NCBI GenBank assembly: GCA_050248855.1 | Contig: JBFWRP010000015.1 | Span: 40,508-93,534 of the forward strand | Origin: Planctomycetota bacterium | Lineage (GTDB): Bacteria > Planctomycetota > PLA2 > JAEUHO01 | Reading direction: 5' to 3' | DNA: 53,027 bases | In this document: positions 20,749 through 30,251 of the stretch, piece after piece | How positions within the stretch are numbered: the first letter of the stretch is position 1 | Layout of the letters: each line of letters starts with the position of its first letter | The notes under the pieces: generated by a model | Databases searched by the model: none | The model's input: only the letters and a program-made list of their open reading frames with translations | Told to the model about the DNA's origin: nothing | Position numbers and translations under genes: made by a program

Positions 20749-22245
20749 CTACTCGCCCTCTCCCGCGGGCACCGCGCGCTCCCGGGCCCAGGCGCGCAGG
20801 GCCTGGACCTCCTCGCGCCGGAGCAGCGAGAGGGGGCGGGTCTCCTCGATCTCCGCGACCAGGTCGTCCGTCGCGACGTCCAGCCCCGTGGCGAAGGCGC
20901 GATGGAGAGCACCCACGACCGCCTGCTCGACCTCCGCGCCGCTGAAGCCGGACGCGGCCCGCGCCGCGCGGACGAGGTCGAACGTGGCCGGGTCGCGGCC
21001 CCGACGCTGCAGGTGCAGGGCGAAGATCGCTGCCCGGTCCGCTTCGCTCGGCAGGTCGACGAAGAACACCTCGTCGAAGCGCCCCTTGCGCATCAGCTCG
21101 GGCGGCAGCGCCCGCGGGTCGTTGCACGTCGCAACGACGAAAACGGGCGCCTTGCGCTCCTGCAGCCACGTGAGCAGGCGACCGACCAGCCGCGTCGAAA
21201 GCCCGCCGTCGGCGTGGCCGTCGCCGCCCGAGGCAAGGGCCTTCTCGATCTCGTCGATCCAGAGCACACAGGGGGCCATGCGCTCGACGGCGGCCAGCGC
21301 ACGGTCCAAGCGCTTCTCGCTCTCGCCGATGTACTTGTCGAACAACCGCCCGGCTTCCAGGCGCAGGAGGGGGAAGCGCAGCTTCCAGGCGACCACGCGG
21401 GCCGCAAGGCTCTTGCCGCAGCCCTGCACGCCCAGCAGCAAGATTCCGCGAGGCGTCGTCAGGCCGAACGCGCGGGCCTCCTCGCCGAAGGCGTTCTTGC
21501 GGCGGTCGACCCACGTCCACAGCCGACCGAGGCCCGCTGCGCGCGGCGGGGCGTCCGGGTCCAGCGTCACCAGCTCGAGGGCGCCCCCGGCTTCGAGCAC
21601 CTCGCGCTTGACGATCGTGACCGTCTCGAGGTCCTCCGACGTGAGCGCCAGGTCGTCGGCCACGGCGCGTCCCACGGCACGCTCGGCCTCGTGCACGGTC
21701 AGGCCGCGAAGCCGCCGGATCAGCTCGCGTTGGTCCTGGGGGGGCAGGCGGACCTGGACGTGCATGGTGCGCGAGAGGTCGTTGACGACGCGCGCGATGA
21801 CGCGCTCCAGCTCGACGTCGTCCGGCAAGGACCAGGGCACGCGGGCTCCGAGTGGCGCCAGGTCGGCGGGAATCGTCAGCGACGTGCCCGTGATGACCAG
21901 CGTGCGGCGCTTGCTGCCCCGCTCGTGCACGACGTCCTTCACGGCGCGGCGGATGGCCGGCGCCTCCAGCGACGGGCCCAGGTCCTCCAGGTGGAAGACG
22001 GCGTCCTCGGGCCAGCCGGCGATGGCCCGCAGCGCGGCCGCCGGGTCCTTCGTGTCGTAGAGCGGGCTGCCGCCGGCCACCACCAAGCCCGAGCCCAGCG
22101 TCCAACGGTGGTAGGGGACGCCGACGGTCAGCGCGGCCCGGCGCACGATGTCGCGTACGCGACCCTCTTCGGCCGCCTCGATGAACAGCAGCGGGCTGCG
22201 GGCCCGGAGCAGCAGCTCGATCTCGCGGAGGGTCTCGCTCGCCAC
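20749..22245 (-). CDS. AAA+ ATPase, Ycf46-like
   Basis: GVQGCGKS Walker A, LWIDEIEK Walker B, PPELMRKGRFDE, degenerate N-terminal AAA module. Confidence 0.9.
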   Translation of the reverse strand: MASETLREIELLLRARSPLLFIEAAEEGRVRDIVRRAALTVGVPYHRWTLGSGLVVAGGSPLYDTKDPAAALRAIAGWPEDAVFHLEDLGPSLEAPAIRRAVKDVVHERGSKRRTLVITGTSLTIPADLAPLGARVPWSLPDDVELERVIARVVNDLSRTMHVQVRLPPQDQRELIRRLRGLTVHEAERAVGRAVADDLALTSEDLETVTIVKREVLEAGGALELVTLDPDAPPRAAGLGRLWTWVDRRKNAFGEEARAFGLTTPRGILLLGVQGCGKSLAARVVAWKLRFPLLRLEAGRLFDKYIGESEKRLDRALAAVERMAPCVLWIDEIEKALASGGDGHADGGLSTRLVGRLLTWLQERKAPVFVVATCNDPRALPPELMRKGRFDEVFFVDLPSEADRAAIFALHLQRRGRDPATFDLVRAARAASGFSGAEVEQAVVGALHRAFATGLDVATDDLVAEIEETRPLSLLRREEVQALRAWARERAVPAGEGE

Positions 22246-22266
22246 CGCGTCAACCTACGCCCAAGT

Positions 22267-22360
22267 ACGGAGTCGGGTGAGATTCCAACCTCGGGCCGCA
22301 GCGGGCCTTGCCTTGCGCCGGTGCCAGGCAGCCCGAGGTTGGAATCTCACCCGACTCCGT
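22267..22360. repeat. Perfect 30-bp inverted repeat with 34-bp spacer (REPIN-like)
   Basis: ACGGAGTCGGGTGAGATTCCAACCTCGGGC (22267-22296) and its exact reverse complement (22331-22360). Confidence 0.9.
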
Positions 22361-22371
22361 GCGCTCGGACC

Positions 22372-23112
22372 CTAGAGGCGCAGAGGTATGGAGCCGCCCC
22401 AGAAGCGCACCTTGGTGCGCATCAGCGTGCGGGCGACGGCCTTCTCGCGGTCGATGGAGAGCACCTCGCCGTCGGGGCAGAGACCCAGCAGCTGCTGGCC
22501 GTCGTAGGAGAGGCCCCAGACGCTGACCACCCGGCTGCCGTCCTCGCGACGCAGCGGGCGCGAGGTGGTGGCGCGGCCGGTAGCGGGATCCAGCTGCGCC
22601 AGCAACACGCCGCTGCCGGAGGTGATCGTCGCCCACAGCTCCTTGCCGATGAACACGAGGTCGCCATCGGAGCCGCTGCCCACGCCGAAGGCGCCGATGC
22701 GCTTGGCGCGGCCCGTCGCAAGGTCGATGCGGTAGAGCCCCAGGTCGCCAGCGCCGTACAGGTTGTCGTCGGCATCGAAGGCCAGGGCGTTGAGGCTGGC
22801 GCCCAGCGGGCCCACGACGGTGGAGTGCTCCGGGTCCTCCAGCGGCACCTTGTAGAGCGTTCCGAAGGAGATCGCGTAGAGCCCGTGCTGCGTCGAGAGC
22901 GCGATGTCGGTCAGCTCGGGCGCCTGGCGGGCCTCGCCCTCGCCCACGACGACCTGGCCCATGCGGAGCACGTCCCCCTGGCGCGTCCGGATCCGCCAGA
23001 GCACGCCCGCGCTGTCGTTGCCATAGCCCTCGGCGTGGGCCACGGACGCCAGGAGGGCCGCAGCACCCACGGCCGCGACCCCGCGCAGCCAGCGCGTCGC
23101 ACGTCCCGTCAT
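22372..23112 (-). CDS. Secreted beta-propeller-like hypothetical protein
   Basis: Signal peptide (AHA); repeated TDIALS..LYAI / NALAFD..LYGA..LYRIDLATG / GDLVF..LWA blade-like motifs. Confidence 0.7.
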   Translation of the reverse strand: MTGRATRWLRGVAAVGAAALLASVAHAEGYGNDSAGVLWRIRTRQGDVLRMGQVVVGEGEARQAPELTDIALSTQHGLYAISFGTLYKVPLEDPEHSTVVGPLGASLNALAFDADDNLYGAGDLGLYRIDLATGRAKRIGAFGVGSGSDGDLVFIGKELWATITSGSGVLLAQLDPATGRATTSRPLRREDGSRVVSVWGLSYDGQQLLGLCPDGEVLSIDREKAVARTLMRTKVRFWGGSIPLRL

Positions 23113-23137
23113 GTCGCCTCCCCGCGCGGCTACCTCG

Positions 23138-26002
23138 TCAGCGGCGTCGATCCAGCCGGAAGTCGGTGTAGCCGTCTTCGTCGTTGCCGAGGCGGCCGAC
23201 CAGGCGTCCATCCTCGATGCGCATGGTGGTGTCGTCGGGAGGGTCGCTGCGCTGTTCGCCGCCCACGCGGTACGTCTTCTTGGTCCCTTGGACTGCCAAG
23301 ACGCTTCCGTCGAGCCTCCCGAGGCCCTCCCAGGCCGCCTCGACCTCGATCTGCCGGCCGTCGGCGGGCATGCGCGCCCGGGCCAGCGCGCTCACCGTGA
23401 AACCACCGCCCGCGCGCGGCTCGATCGTGATCAGGAGCGGGTACGTCAGGCGCGTGCCGTCGGCCAGCGTGTCGGTCACCTGGCCCTCCCAGGTTCCCGC
23501 GAACGAAGGCGCGCGGTCGCGCTCCAGCTGGAAGTCCGTGTACCCCTGCTGTTCGCTTCCGAAGCGGCCGACGAGGGCCTCGCCCTCGAGCCTGAGCGTG
23601 AGCGTGCCCTTGACGGTGGGCACCTCGCGGCCCTCCACGCGCATGGTCTTGCGCACCGTGCGGCCCTTCAGCTGCTCGCCCTCCTGGACGACGGCGAAGA
23701 TCTCCTCCACCTCGACACGGCGCGGCGCCGGGCGGGTGGGGACGGTGGCCGTGATCACGAGTCGAGCTTGCCAGCCGTCCCCTTCCGGCGTGATCTCGAG
23801 GCGCAGCGGGTAGCTGAAGCGGGTGCCGTCCAGCTCTTCTTCCGTCGTGCCGGTCCAGACGCCGGTCAGCTCCGGGGCCGGCGGTGCCGCCGCTTCGAGT
23901 CGGAACGGCGTGATGCCTTCGTCGTTGCCGTAGCGACCGACGAGGGTGCGCCCGTCGAGCTTGAGCTCCATCTCGTCCATGGCGCTCTCGCGCACGGTGC
24001 CGTTCACTTCCAGGCGCTTGGCGGTTCCACGGCCTCGCCACGCATCGCCCTCCGGCTGCAGGACGAACGCCTCGTTGATCGAGACGCGGATGCCGTCTTG
24101 GCCGTCGGGCACGACGGCCTGGGCGTCAAGGCCCACGGCGAGCCGGCCGTCGCTGCGCAGCTTGGCCACCAGGACCAGGGGGTACGTGAAGGGGGAGCCG
24201 TCCTGCGCGGTCTCGCGGATCTCGCCTTCCCACGTTCCGACGAGGGACTCGGCGTCCGGGGCGCGGGCCCGCGGGCGGGCGGGCGCAACGCTTCCGCCCG
24301 GTGGCCCGGCCTCGATGCCCCAGCGCGTCAGGATGTCCGCCTGCAGGGCGGGCAGCTCGGGGTTGCTGACGCCCTGCGTCCAGAGCTCGCGCACGTTCAC
24401 GATCAGGATGCGGCCGTCACCACGCCAGTGCTGCAGCTGCTGCAGGCCGAGCGAGACGGCTTCCTCGAACGGGACGACCTCCGGTCGCAGGCCCCCGCGA
24501 ATGCCCGTGGCCTCCACGGCGACCACATCGCCATCGGGCAGCCCGAATACGGGAAAGCAGTGACCCGGCACCACGGCGAGGTAGGCGGGAATGCCGAGGT
24601 TGCTCGCGCAAGCAGCTTGCAGGATGGCCAAGTCCAGGCACGTGCCACTGCGGTCGCGGATCACGTCGCGCGGGAACTTCACGTTCTGCACCTGCTGCAC
24701 GTCGAAGCTGACACTGCGATCGGGCAGGGCGGGCGGGTGTTGGTAGGTGAAGTCGTTGTCGACCAGCAGGTCGTAGATGCCGCGCAGCACCTGCACGGTG
24801 GCTTGGTTGCTCTGGTTGGCGCCGATGCCGCCGGCCTTGCGGTTGGCCAACGCGGCGAACTGCTTGACGACGAGGTCGTCGCGGCTGACCCAGGCGGCCA
24901 GGAAGGGCACGTTGTTGAAGCTCTCGTGCCACGTGCCCAGGTGCTCCTCGGGCTGCACGTCGCTGAAGACGAACTCGTGCGCGCCCAGCAGCACGATGCG
25001 CGCGCCGTCGCTGTCCTCGTGGCGTTGGCCGTCGGCGTCGCGCCATGTCCACTCGACCATCACGTTGGCGGGCGTGTTCGACGTGAGGTGGGCGATGCGC
25101 TCCTCGAGCACCGGGTACCAGGGCAGGACCACCGTCTGCCCCGGGATGAGCTCCTTGACCTTCTGCCACATGCCCCACTCGCCGTAGCCGGCGAGGCGGA
25201 AGCGGGCGCGCAGATCGCGCACGTCGCCGCCGCCGCGGTGGCGGAAGATCGCCTTCGCGACCCACTGCGCCGAGAACGTCGTGCCGAGGCCGTAGACCTT
25301 GTAGATCGCGGTCATCAACCGCGGCTTGACGCGCAGGTCCAGCTCGAGGTCGGCGGGGCCGCTCGCCGGCGACCGCGGCAGGGTCCACGAGAGCACGCGC
25401 GAGGCGGCGTCGAAGCCCGCGCCCACGGCGCCGGCGGGCAGGTGGTAGCGCGTCACGCCTTGGTAGGCCACGCCGCTGTCCCAGACGCCTTCCTCGGCGA
25501 AGCGGGCGATCACGCGGCCGTCTTCCTCACCCAGGTCGAGGAAGCGCGGGCCGGGGTCCATGGCCAAGCGCCAGCGGCCGCCGCCGGCGTTCTTCACGCC
25601 TCCGCGCTCGGTGATCTCCAGCCGGACCGTGTGCTGCTCGTCCAGCAGCTGGACGTCGGCGTCCACGAGCTCGGCATCGGTGCGGTGCGAGGCGAACGCG
25701 CGCAGGAACCGCCGCTTGTCCTGGCCCTCGCGCTTGACCCCCTCGTACGCGTCGGCGGGGAACTCCAGGTCGACGCGCACGCGTCCGTCGCCTTCGGGGA
25801 GCAGGTCGACCTCGCCGCGGATGGCGACCGTGACCGCGGGGGCCGCCTCGTCGGCGCGGCCGGTCCCTGCAGCGGCCAGGACGAACAGGAGGCCAAGCCC
25901 CAGCGGGAGGCCGACGAGCCGTAGCAGGGCCAGCTGGCCCCGTGTGGACGGCTGGCCGCCGGGCGCGACGGCCCCCCGCGCCAGCTCCTGCCGTGCCTGC
26001 AT
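23138..26002 (-). CDS. Large secreted protein with transglutaminase-like core and three C-terminal beta-barrel-like repeats
   Basis: GTCLDLAIL (Cys), VVPGHCFP (His), VAVEAT; three ~120-aa GxWxG repeats. GGAGG SD and TACAAT upstream. Confidence 0.75.
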   Translation of the reverse strand: MQARQELARGAVAPGGQPSTRGQLALLRLVGLPLGLGLLFVLAAAGTGRADEAAPAVTVAIRGEVDLLPEGDGRVRVDLEFPADAYEGVKREGQDKRRFLRAFASHRTDAELVDADVQLLDEQHTVRLEITERGGVKNAGGGRWRLAMDPGPRFLDLGEEDGRVIARFAEEGVWDSGVAYQGVTRYHLPAGAVGAGFDAASRVLSWTLPRSPASGPADLELDLRVKPRLMTAIYKVYGLGTTFSAQWVAKAIFRHRGGGDVRDLRARFRLAGYGEWGMWQKVKELIPGQTVVLPWYPVLEERIAHLTSNTPANVMVEWTWRDADGQRHEDSDGARIVLLGAHEFVFSDVQPEEHLGTWHESFNNVPFLAAWVSRDDLVVKQFAALANRKAGGIGANQSNQATVQVLRGIYDLLVDNDFTYQHPPALPDRSVSFDVQQVQNVKFPRDVIRDRSGTCLDLAILQAACASNLGIPAYLAVVPGHCFPVFGLPDGDVVAVEATGIRGGLRPEVVPFEEAVSLGLQQLQHWRGDGRILIVNVRELWTQGVSNPELPALQADILTRWGIEAGPPGGSVAPARPRARAPDAESLVGTWEGEIRETAQDGSPFTYPLVLVAKLRSDGRLAVGLDAQAVVPDGQDGIRVSINEAFVLQPEGDAWRGRGTAKRLEVNGTVRESAMDEMELKLDGRTLVGRYGNDEGITPFRLEAAAPPAPELTGVWTGTTEEELDGTRFSYPLRLEITPEGDGWQARLVITATVPTRPAPRRVEVEEIFAVVQEGEQLKGRTVRKTMRVEGREVPTVKGTLTLRLEGEALVGRFGSEQQGYTDFQLERDRAPSFAGTWEGQVTDTLADGTRLTYPLLITIEPRAGGGFTVSALARARMPADGRQIEVEAAWEGLGRLDGSVLAVQGTKKTYRVGGEQRSDPPDDTTMRIEDGRLVGRLGNDEDGYTDFRLDRRR

Positions 26003-26197
26003 GGTCCGTCCTCCGGCCCCCCCTGGGCGGCGCATTGTAGGCAAGCCCCGGTTGCTGCGGCTCGCGCGGGGGTACCGCATGCGCACCGCGCGGAGGTGCC
26101 CGGCTCCGTGCGGCCTTCCCGCGGGCATGACGAGCTGGCACCGCCGGCCTGCCTGCCGAGGGGTGATGCGCAGGCGCCGCCGCGGTACCACGTGGCG

Positions 26198-26809
26198 ATG
26201 AGCGCCCAGCGGACCGTCGCGCATCTCGTCGAGGCCGACACGCCGCCGGTCAAGGGCTCGCGGTTCCGGGGCCGGCTCGTCCCCGTGAAGGACGAAGCCG
26301 GGATCCGGCAAGCGCTCGACGCCGTGGCGCGGGATCATCCGGAGGCCACGCACCACGCCTACGCGTGGCGCTTGGCTCCCGACGGGGGTCGGTGGCGTGC
26401 GCACGACGCGGGTGAGCCGAAGGGGACCGCGGGCCTGCCGCTGCTGCGCCGTCTCGAGGGCAGCGGGCTCGTCGATGCCTTGCTGATCGTCACGCGCTGG
26501 TACGGCGGCACGCAGCTGGGCGTGGGAGGGCTCGCGCGGGCCTACGGGGACGCCGCGGCCGCCGTCCTGGAGCGCGCGCCGGTCGTCGAGCGCATCGAGC
26601 GGCGGGCATTCGCGGTGCGTCACGCCTACCCGGACGCCCCGGCCGTCGACGCCGTGCTGCGCGCATCCGGACTCGTGGCCCGCGAGGCGACGTATGCGGA
26701 CGACGTGCACTTCGTCGTCGACGTGCCCGTGGCCGACGTCGAGCGGGTGGCCGCCTTGCTCCGCGACGCCACGCGCGGTCAGGCCCGGTTCACGGCCCTC
26801 GACGCCTAG
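26198..26809 (+). CDS. yigZ: YigZ/IMPACT family protein
   Basis: VKGSRF, ATHHAYAW, DAGEPKGTAG, VTRWYGGTQLGVGGLARAY. Confidence 0.92.
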   Translation: MSAQRTVAHLVEADTPPVKGSRFRGRLVPVKDEAGIRQALDAVARDHPEATHHAYAWRLAPDGGRWRAHDAGEPKGTAGLPLLRRLEGSGLVDALLIVTRWYGGTQLGVGGLARAYGDAAAAVLERAPVVERIERRAFAVRHAYPDAPAVDAVLRASGLVAREATYADDVHFVVDVPVADVERVAALLRDATRGQARFTALDA

Positions 26810-26872
26810 GGTCTGTCCGATAGCGCCTCCTGCTGCGGCCACCGGGTCTCTTGCTGCGCCACGGCCCAGCTC

Positions 26873-27056
26873 GAATCCGGGTCCTCTACGGTCAGGAGAC
26901 CGCCTCCGGCCCGGATTCTCCCTAGCGCGCGCGGAGGTGTCCGATGCCGTGGCACCGAGCGACAGCAAGCGTGGAACGGGGTCTGCCACCGCAGTGCGTC
27001 GCTCGCTTGGGGTCAGACCCCGCGCCCCGCCCCGTGGCAAGGAGCCCGGCACCGCC
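26873..27056. repeat. Degenerate REP-like repeat cluster
   Basis: CGCGCGGAGGTGTCCGA related to the 5633/7470/39658 motif; palindrome GGGGTCAGACCCC (27009-27021); 27037-27056 is the reverse complement of 43728-43747 with 1 mismatch. Confidence 0.6.
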
Positions 27057-27077
27057 GGCTCGGCTACGCTTCCCCCC

Positions 27078-27596
27078 GTGGACGAGCACCTGCGCGACGA
27101 GCTGCACCGTCTCCTGGCGGAGACCAACGACCAACGGCGGCGCTTCGGCCAGACCATCTACCACGTGTACCGCATGCTCGTGTTCTGGGGCGAGCGCGGG
27201 AAGTCCTTCGGCCGCGCCGTCCAGCTGGCCGCGCCGGCGGGTGCGGCGCTGTTCGACACGATGGAGGTCTCGCTCCGCGACCTCTACCCCCACGAGCCCG
27301 ACGCGCCGCTGCGTGCGTTTGCCGCCGACCTGCTCGATCGCCTGGCGCGCGACCTCGAGGGAGGCGATCGCCTGCGCGTCGCGTTCCTGCGCTGGCTCGA
27401 GGGCCGCTTCCCGGCCCTGACCGCCCTCATGCGTGCCGAGTCGTCCGACACGCGGATCTTCGACCACGAGCTGGCCGCTGACCTCGCCCAGGGTTTCGCC
27501 GCGATCGCCGAGGCCTCCGACGACCAGCTGGTCGCGCGCGTCCGGCGGCTCGCCGATGCGGTCAGCGAAAGCGCTGACGACCCGACTCGATCGTGA
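27078..27596 (+). CDS. Hypothetical protein
   Basis: Helical-looking ORF with host-like codon usage; TACGCT box 7 nt before the GTG. Confidence 0.65.
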   Translation: MDEHLRDELHRLLAETNDQRRRFGQTIYHVYRMLVFWGERGKSFGRAVQLAAPAGAALFDTMEVSLRDLYPHEPDAPLRAFAADLLDRLARDLEGGDRLRVAFLRWLEGRFPALTALMRAESSDTRIFDHELAADLAQGFAAIAEASDDQLVARVRRLADAVSESADDPTRS

Positions 27597-29172
27597 AGAT
27601 CCGCTCGAGCTCGTCGCTTTCCGGCTCAAGCAGGCGGAACAAGCCGTCGGCCGGCAGGTCGTCCACCTCGACGGGCTGCGCCGAGCCCGTGACCTCGCGC
27701 ACGTCGATCCAGGCTCCGTCGCGCCAGAGCTGCAGGCGGTAGACCGCGCCTGCGACCAGCGAGGATGTCGGCGTCACGTCCCCCGTGTCCACGCTGCGCT
27801 GTGTCGGACGTGTTGCGGTCAGCAGCGCCGACGTCGGTGCGGCGCGGCCGCCAAGTACCTGGACCGCGCCCTCGGTCCCGAGCAGGAACGGCGGCGCCGC
27901 CCCCTCGAGCGCGTCCTTGGGGTACACGGCGGGCAGGTAGATCACGTCCCCGCCGAGGCGGCGGAAGCGCGCCGTGCCGTCCATCACCGGGTCATGGTCG
28001 ATCGCGCGCCACACGCCACCGTTGAACACGGCCACGTAGGCGAAGGCCTCGGCCCTTGCGGCATCGCCCTCGAGCGCCACGGGTACGTCGTGGACCACGC
28101 GGTACTCGTCGGTCACGTCGCGGTAGGTGCGGCTGGCCAGGAAGCGGTTGGGCGGCTCGCGGCCCTCGGGAAGACGGTCGGCCAGCGCGTCGGGCTGCAG
28201 CGACCAGGTCTTGCGATAGACCTTGGCGGCGTGCGCGTAGGCCGGCGTGTGGCCCCGCCCCTGCGCATCCAAGAGCACGGCCCAGGCGTGGTTGTTGTCC
28301 CGGTGGGCCCACCACGGCGTGTAATCGGCCGCCACGGCGAGCCCCAGGCTGCGTGCGGCATACGTCTGCATGTTCGTGATGTCCTCGCAGCGACCCAGAC
28401 CGCTGCGCCCCATCTCCCCGAACCCCTGGTCGGTCGGGTGCAGGTAGAAGCGCTCGTCAAAGCGCACGCGCGAGGAGACCTCGTGGGCCAGCCACGCCCA
28501 GAGCTCGTCGGCGGGTAGCGCGCCGCGACGACCATGGACCTCGGGGGCGTAGCGGCGCACGAGATCGGGCATCCAGAGGTCGAGCGGCTCTTCGCTACCG
28601 CGGTAGGGCAGCACGTGCTCGAGGAACGTGCGCCACGTGACGCGACGCGTGGCGGGCGTGCGGTCCCAGGCCGCGAAGGCGGCGTCCAGATGCCGCTCCA
28701 GGAACCCTGCGGTGATGTGCTCGAGGTCGCTGGCGAACCCCTCGCGCGCGAAGTCCAGCGGGCCGTGTGCCTTCTCGAGATCCTCCAGCGCGGCACGGGC
28801 GGCGGCGAACGTGTCGAACGCGAGCGGGTCGTACGCCACGTCCCGGCCCTCGGCGTCGCGCAGCGCAGTCGTCACGTAGCCGTGGTGGGGCATGTTCGCC
28901 ACCAGGAAGCGAAGCGCCGGGGCGCGACGCGGGTCGGCGTGCGCGCGGGCCGCAGCAAGGGCCCGCTCGAGCTCGCCCCGGTTGTCGCCCGCTTGGCCGA
29001 GTGCCGCTTCGACGGCTGCGTCCGTCACGACGTCGGGGCAGGCCGACGTGGCGTCCGACGCGGAGTCCGACGCGGGCGCCGTGTCGTCGGCCGCCATCGG
29101 ACTGGCGGGCCCGAGCACGGTCAGTAGGAGCAGCGCCAAGACGGAGTGCGTTGCAGCGGCTAGCGGAGCCAC
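27562..29172 (-). CDS. Secreted transglutaminase-like domain protein
   Basis: AGDNRGELE, FLVANMP, HVLPYR, GRCED (Cys), NHAW (His). Start uncertain. Confidence 0.8.
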   Translation of the reverse strand: MAPLAAATHSVLALLLLTVLGPASPMAADDTAPASDSASDATSACPDVVTDAAVEAALGQAGDNRGELERALAAARAHADPRRAPALRFLVANMPHHGYVTTALRDAEGRDVAYDPLAFDTFAAARAALEDLEKAHGPLDFAREGFASDLEHITAGFLERHLDAAFAAWDRTPATRRVTWRTFLEHVLPYRGSEEPLDLWMPDLVRRYAPEVHGRRGALPADELWAWLAHEVSSRVRFDERFYLHPTDQGFGEMGRSGLGRCEDITNMQTYAARSLGLAVAADYTPWWAHRDNNHAWAVLLDAQGRGHTPAYAHAAKVYRKTWSLQPDALADRLPEGREPPNRFLASRTYRDVTDEYRVVHDVPVALEGDAARAEAFAYVAVFNGGVWRAIDHDPVMDGTARFRRLGGDVIYLPAVYPKDALEGAAPPFLLGTEGAVQVLGGRAAPTSALLTATRPTQRSVDTGDVTPTSSLVAGAVYRLQLWRDGAWIDVREVTGSAQPVEVDDLPADGLFRLLEPESDELERIFTIESGRQRFR

Positions 29173-29486
29173 AGGAACCACATCAGCGCGCCGGCGACGG
29201 CGAGGAACAACAGCGCGAAGAAAAACGACTTGAACGCGTGGGCGGCGGAACGGCCGGCCTTGCGCATGCGCAACGAGAGCGCTTGCCACGCAAAGAAGAA
29301 CAGCACGCCCGCGATCAGACCCAGCTGCCAGGCGGGCACGTGGGTCTTGTCGTGCACGAGCCACGCCACGAGCAGGCCGATGGCGATCGAGGGGCCCAGC
29401 TTGAGCGCGATGCGCGCGAACAGTCCCGGTCTCTTCTTCGGGGCCTTGTCGGGCGAGGCCTGCGGGGGGGCGGCCGAGGTCGTCAT
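29160..29486 (-). CDS. Small membrane hypothetical protein
   Basis: Three hydrophobic segments; AGGAGG SD upstream. Confidence 0.7.
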   Translation of the reverse strand: MTTSAAPPQASPDKAPKKRPGLFARIALKLGPSIAIGLLVAWLVHDKTHVPAWQLGLIAGVLFFFAWQALSLRMRKAGRSAAHAFKSFFFALLFLAVAGALMWFLWLR

Positions 29487-29515
29487 GGCGTCCTCCTGGA
29501 TTCCGAGGGCCGAGG

Positions 29516-30079
29516 CTACACGCCGCGCGCAAGCGCGGCGAGGGCCCCCGTCACATGGGCCAGCGGGTCGGCGACGTCGTGGCCGGCGTTCCATGCCTGG
29601 GGGAAGAGCACGGCCTCGCCGCCCGCTTCGCGGAAGGAGGCGACCATGCCCTCGCTGTCATCGACGAGCACCCGCCCCGGGCCCGCCAGCAGGCGCTTGT
29701 GCCGCGTGAGGACGAAGTGCTCGAAGTGGCGGCTGCCCGTGCGGGGCGCCAGGTGCCGGTTCATCCACGCCAGCTTGCCCGCCACGCAGGCGGGCTCCGC
29801 GTGGGGGCGGGTGAGCACGCTCCATGGCGCGAGGTCGTCGACCGCGGCCAGGAGGCCCTCCAGCCAGGGCAGCGGCGGCAGGTCGGCCCAGAAGGACGGA
29901 CCCTCGTCCACGAGGGGGGCCCAGAAGGCCTCCCACGTGAGGCCCAACGTCTCCGCCATGTCGCGTACGCCGCGCGGCCATGACGCGGCGAGCTCGGGCT
30001 GGCCATGGCGGACCAGCGCGGGATGGAAGAAGTCCGCGAGCACGCCATCCATGTCGAGGAAGATGTGTTCGATGGCCAT
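29516..30079 (-). CDS. HAD-superfamily 5'(3')-deoxyribonucleotidase-like (NT5C) phosphatase
   Basis: IFLDMDGVLADF motif I, FWADLPPLP, GKLAW, LVDD motif IV. Confidence 0.85.
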   Translation of the reverse strand: MAIEHIFLDMDGVLADFFHPALVRHGQPELAASWPRGVRDMAETLGLTWEAFWAPLVDEGPSFWADLPPLPWLEGLLAAVDDLAPWSVLTRPHAEPACVAGKLAWMNRHLAPRTGSRHFEHFVLTRHKRLLAGPGRVLVDDSEGMVASFREAGGEAVLFPQAWNAGHDVADPLAHVTGALAALARGV

Positions 30080-30102
30080 GGGGGCTCCTCGGGGGGTTCC
30101 AT

Positions 30103-30192
30103 GGGGGCGGGGAATCCATTCACTTCATGCTGCCAGGTACTGCCGCATGGGAGCGGATACCTGGGCGAAACGTGAATGGATTCCCCGCCTCC
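30103..30192. repeat. Long imperfect hairpin in divergent intergenic region
   Basis: Perfect 18-bp IR 30106-30123 / 30172-30189 plus inner CCAGGTA/TACCTGG pairing. Confidence 0.8.
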
Positions 30193-30251
30193 TTGCCACC
30201 TGCTCCGCGGACTCCGTACCCCCGTCCGCCACCGGTCGTAGGCTCGCGGCG

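Noticed and set aside
20749..22245. AAA ATPase as part of a contractile-injection or secretion system
   Set aside because: Ycf46-like ATPase without neighbouring tube, sheath, baseplate or secretion genes.
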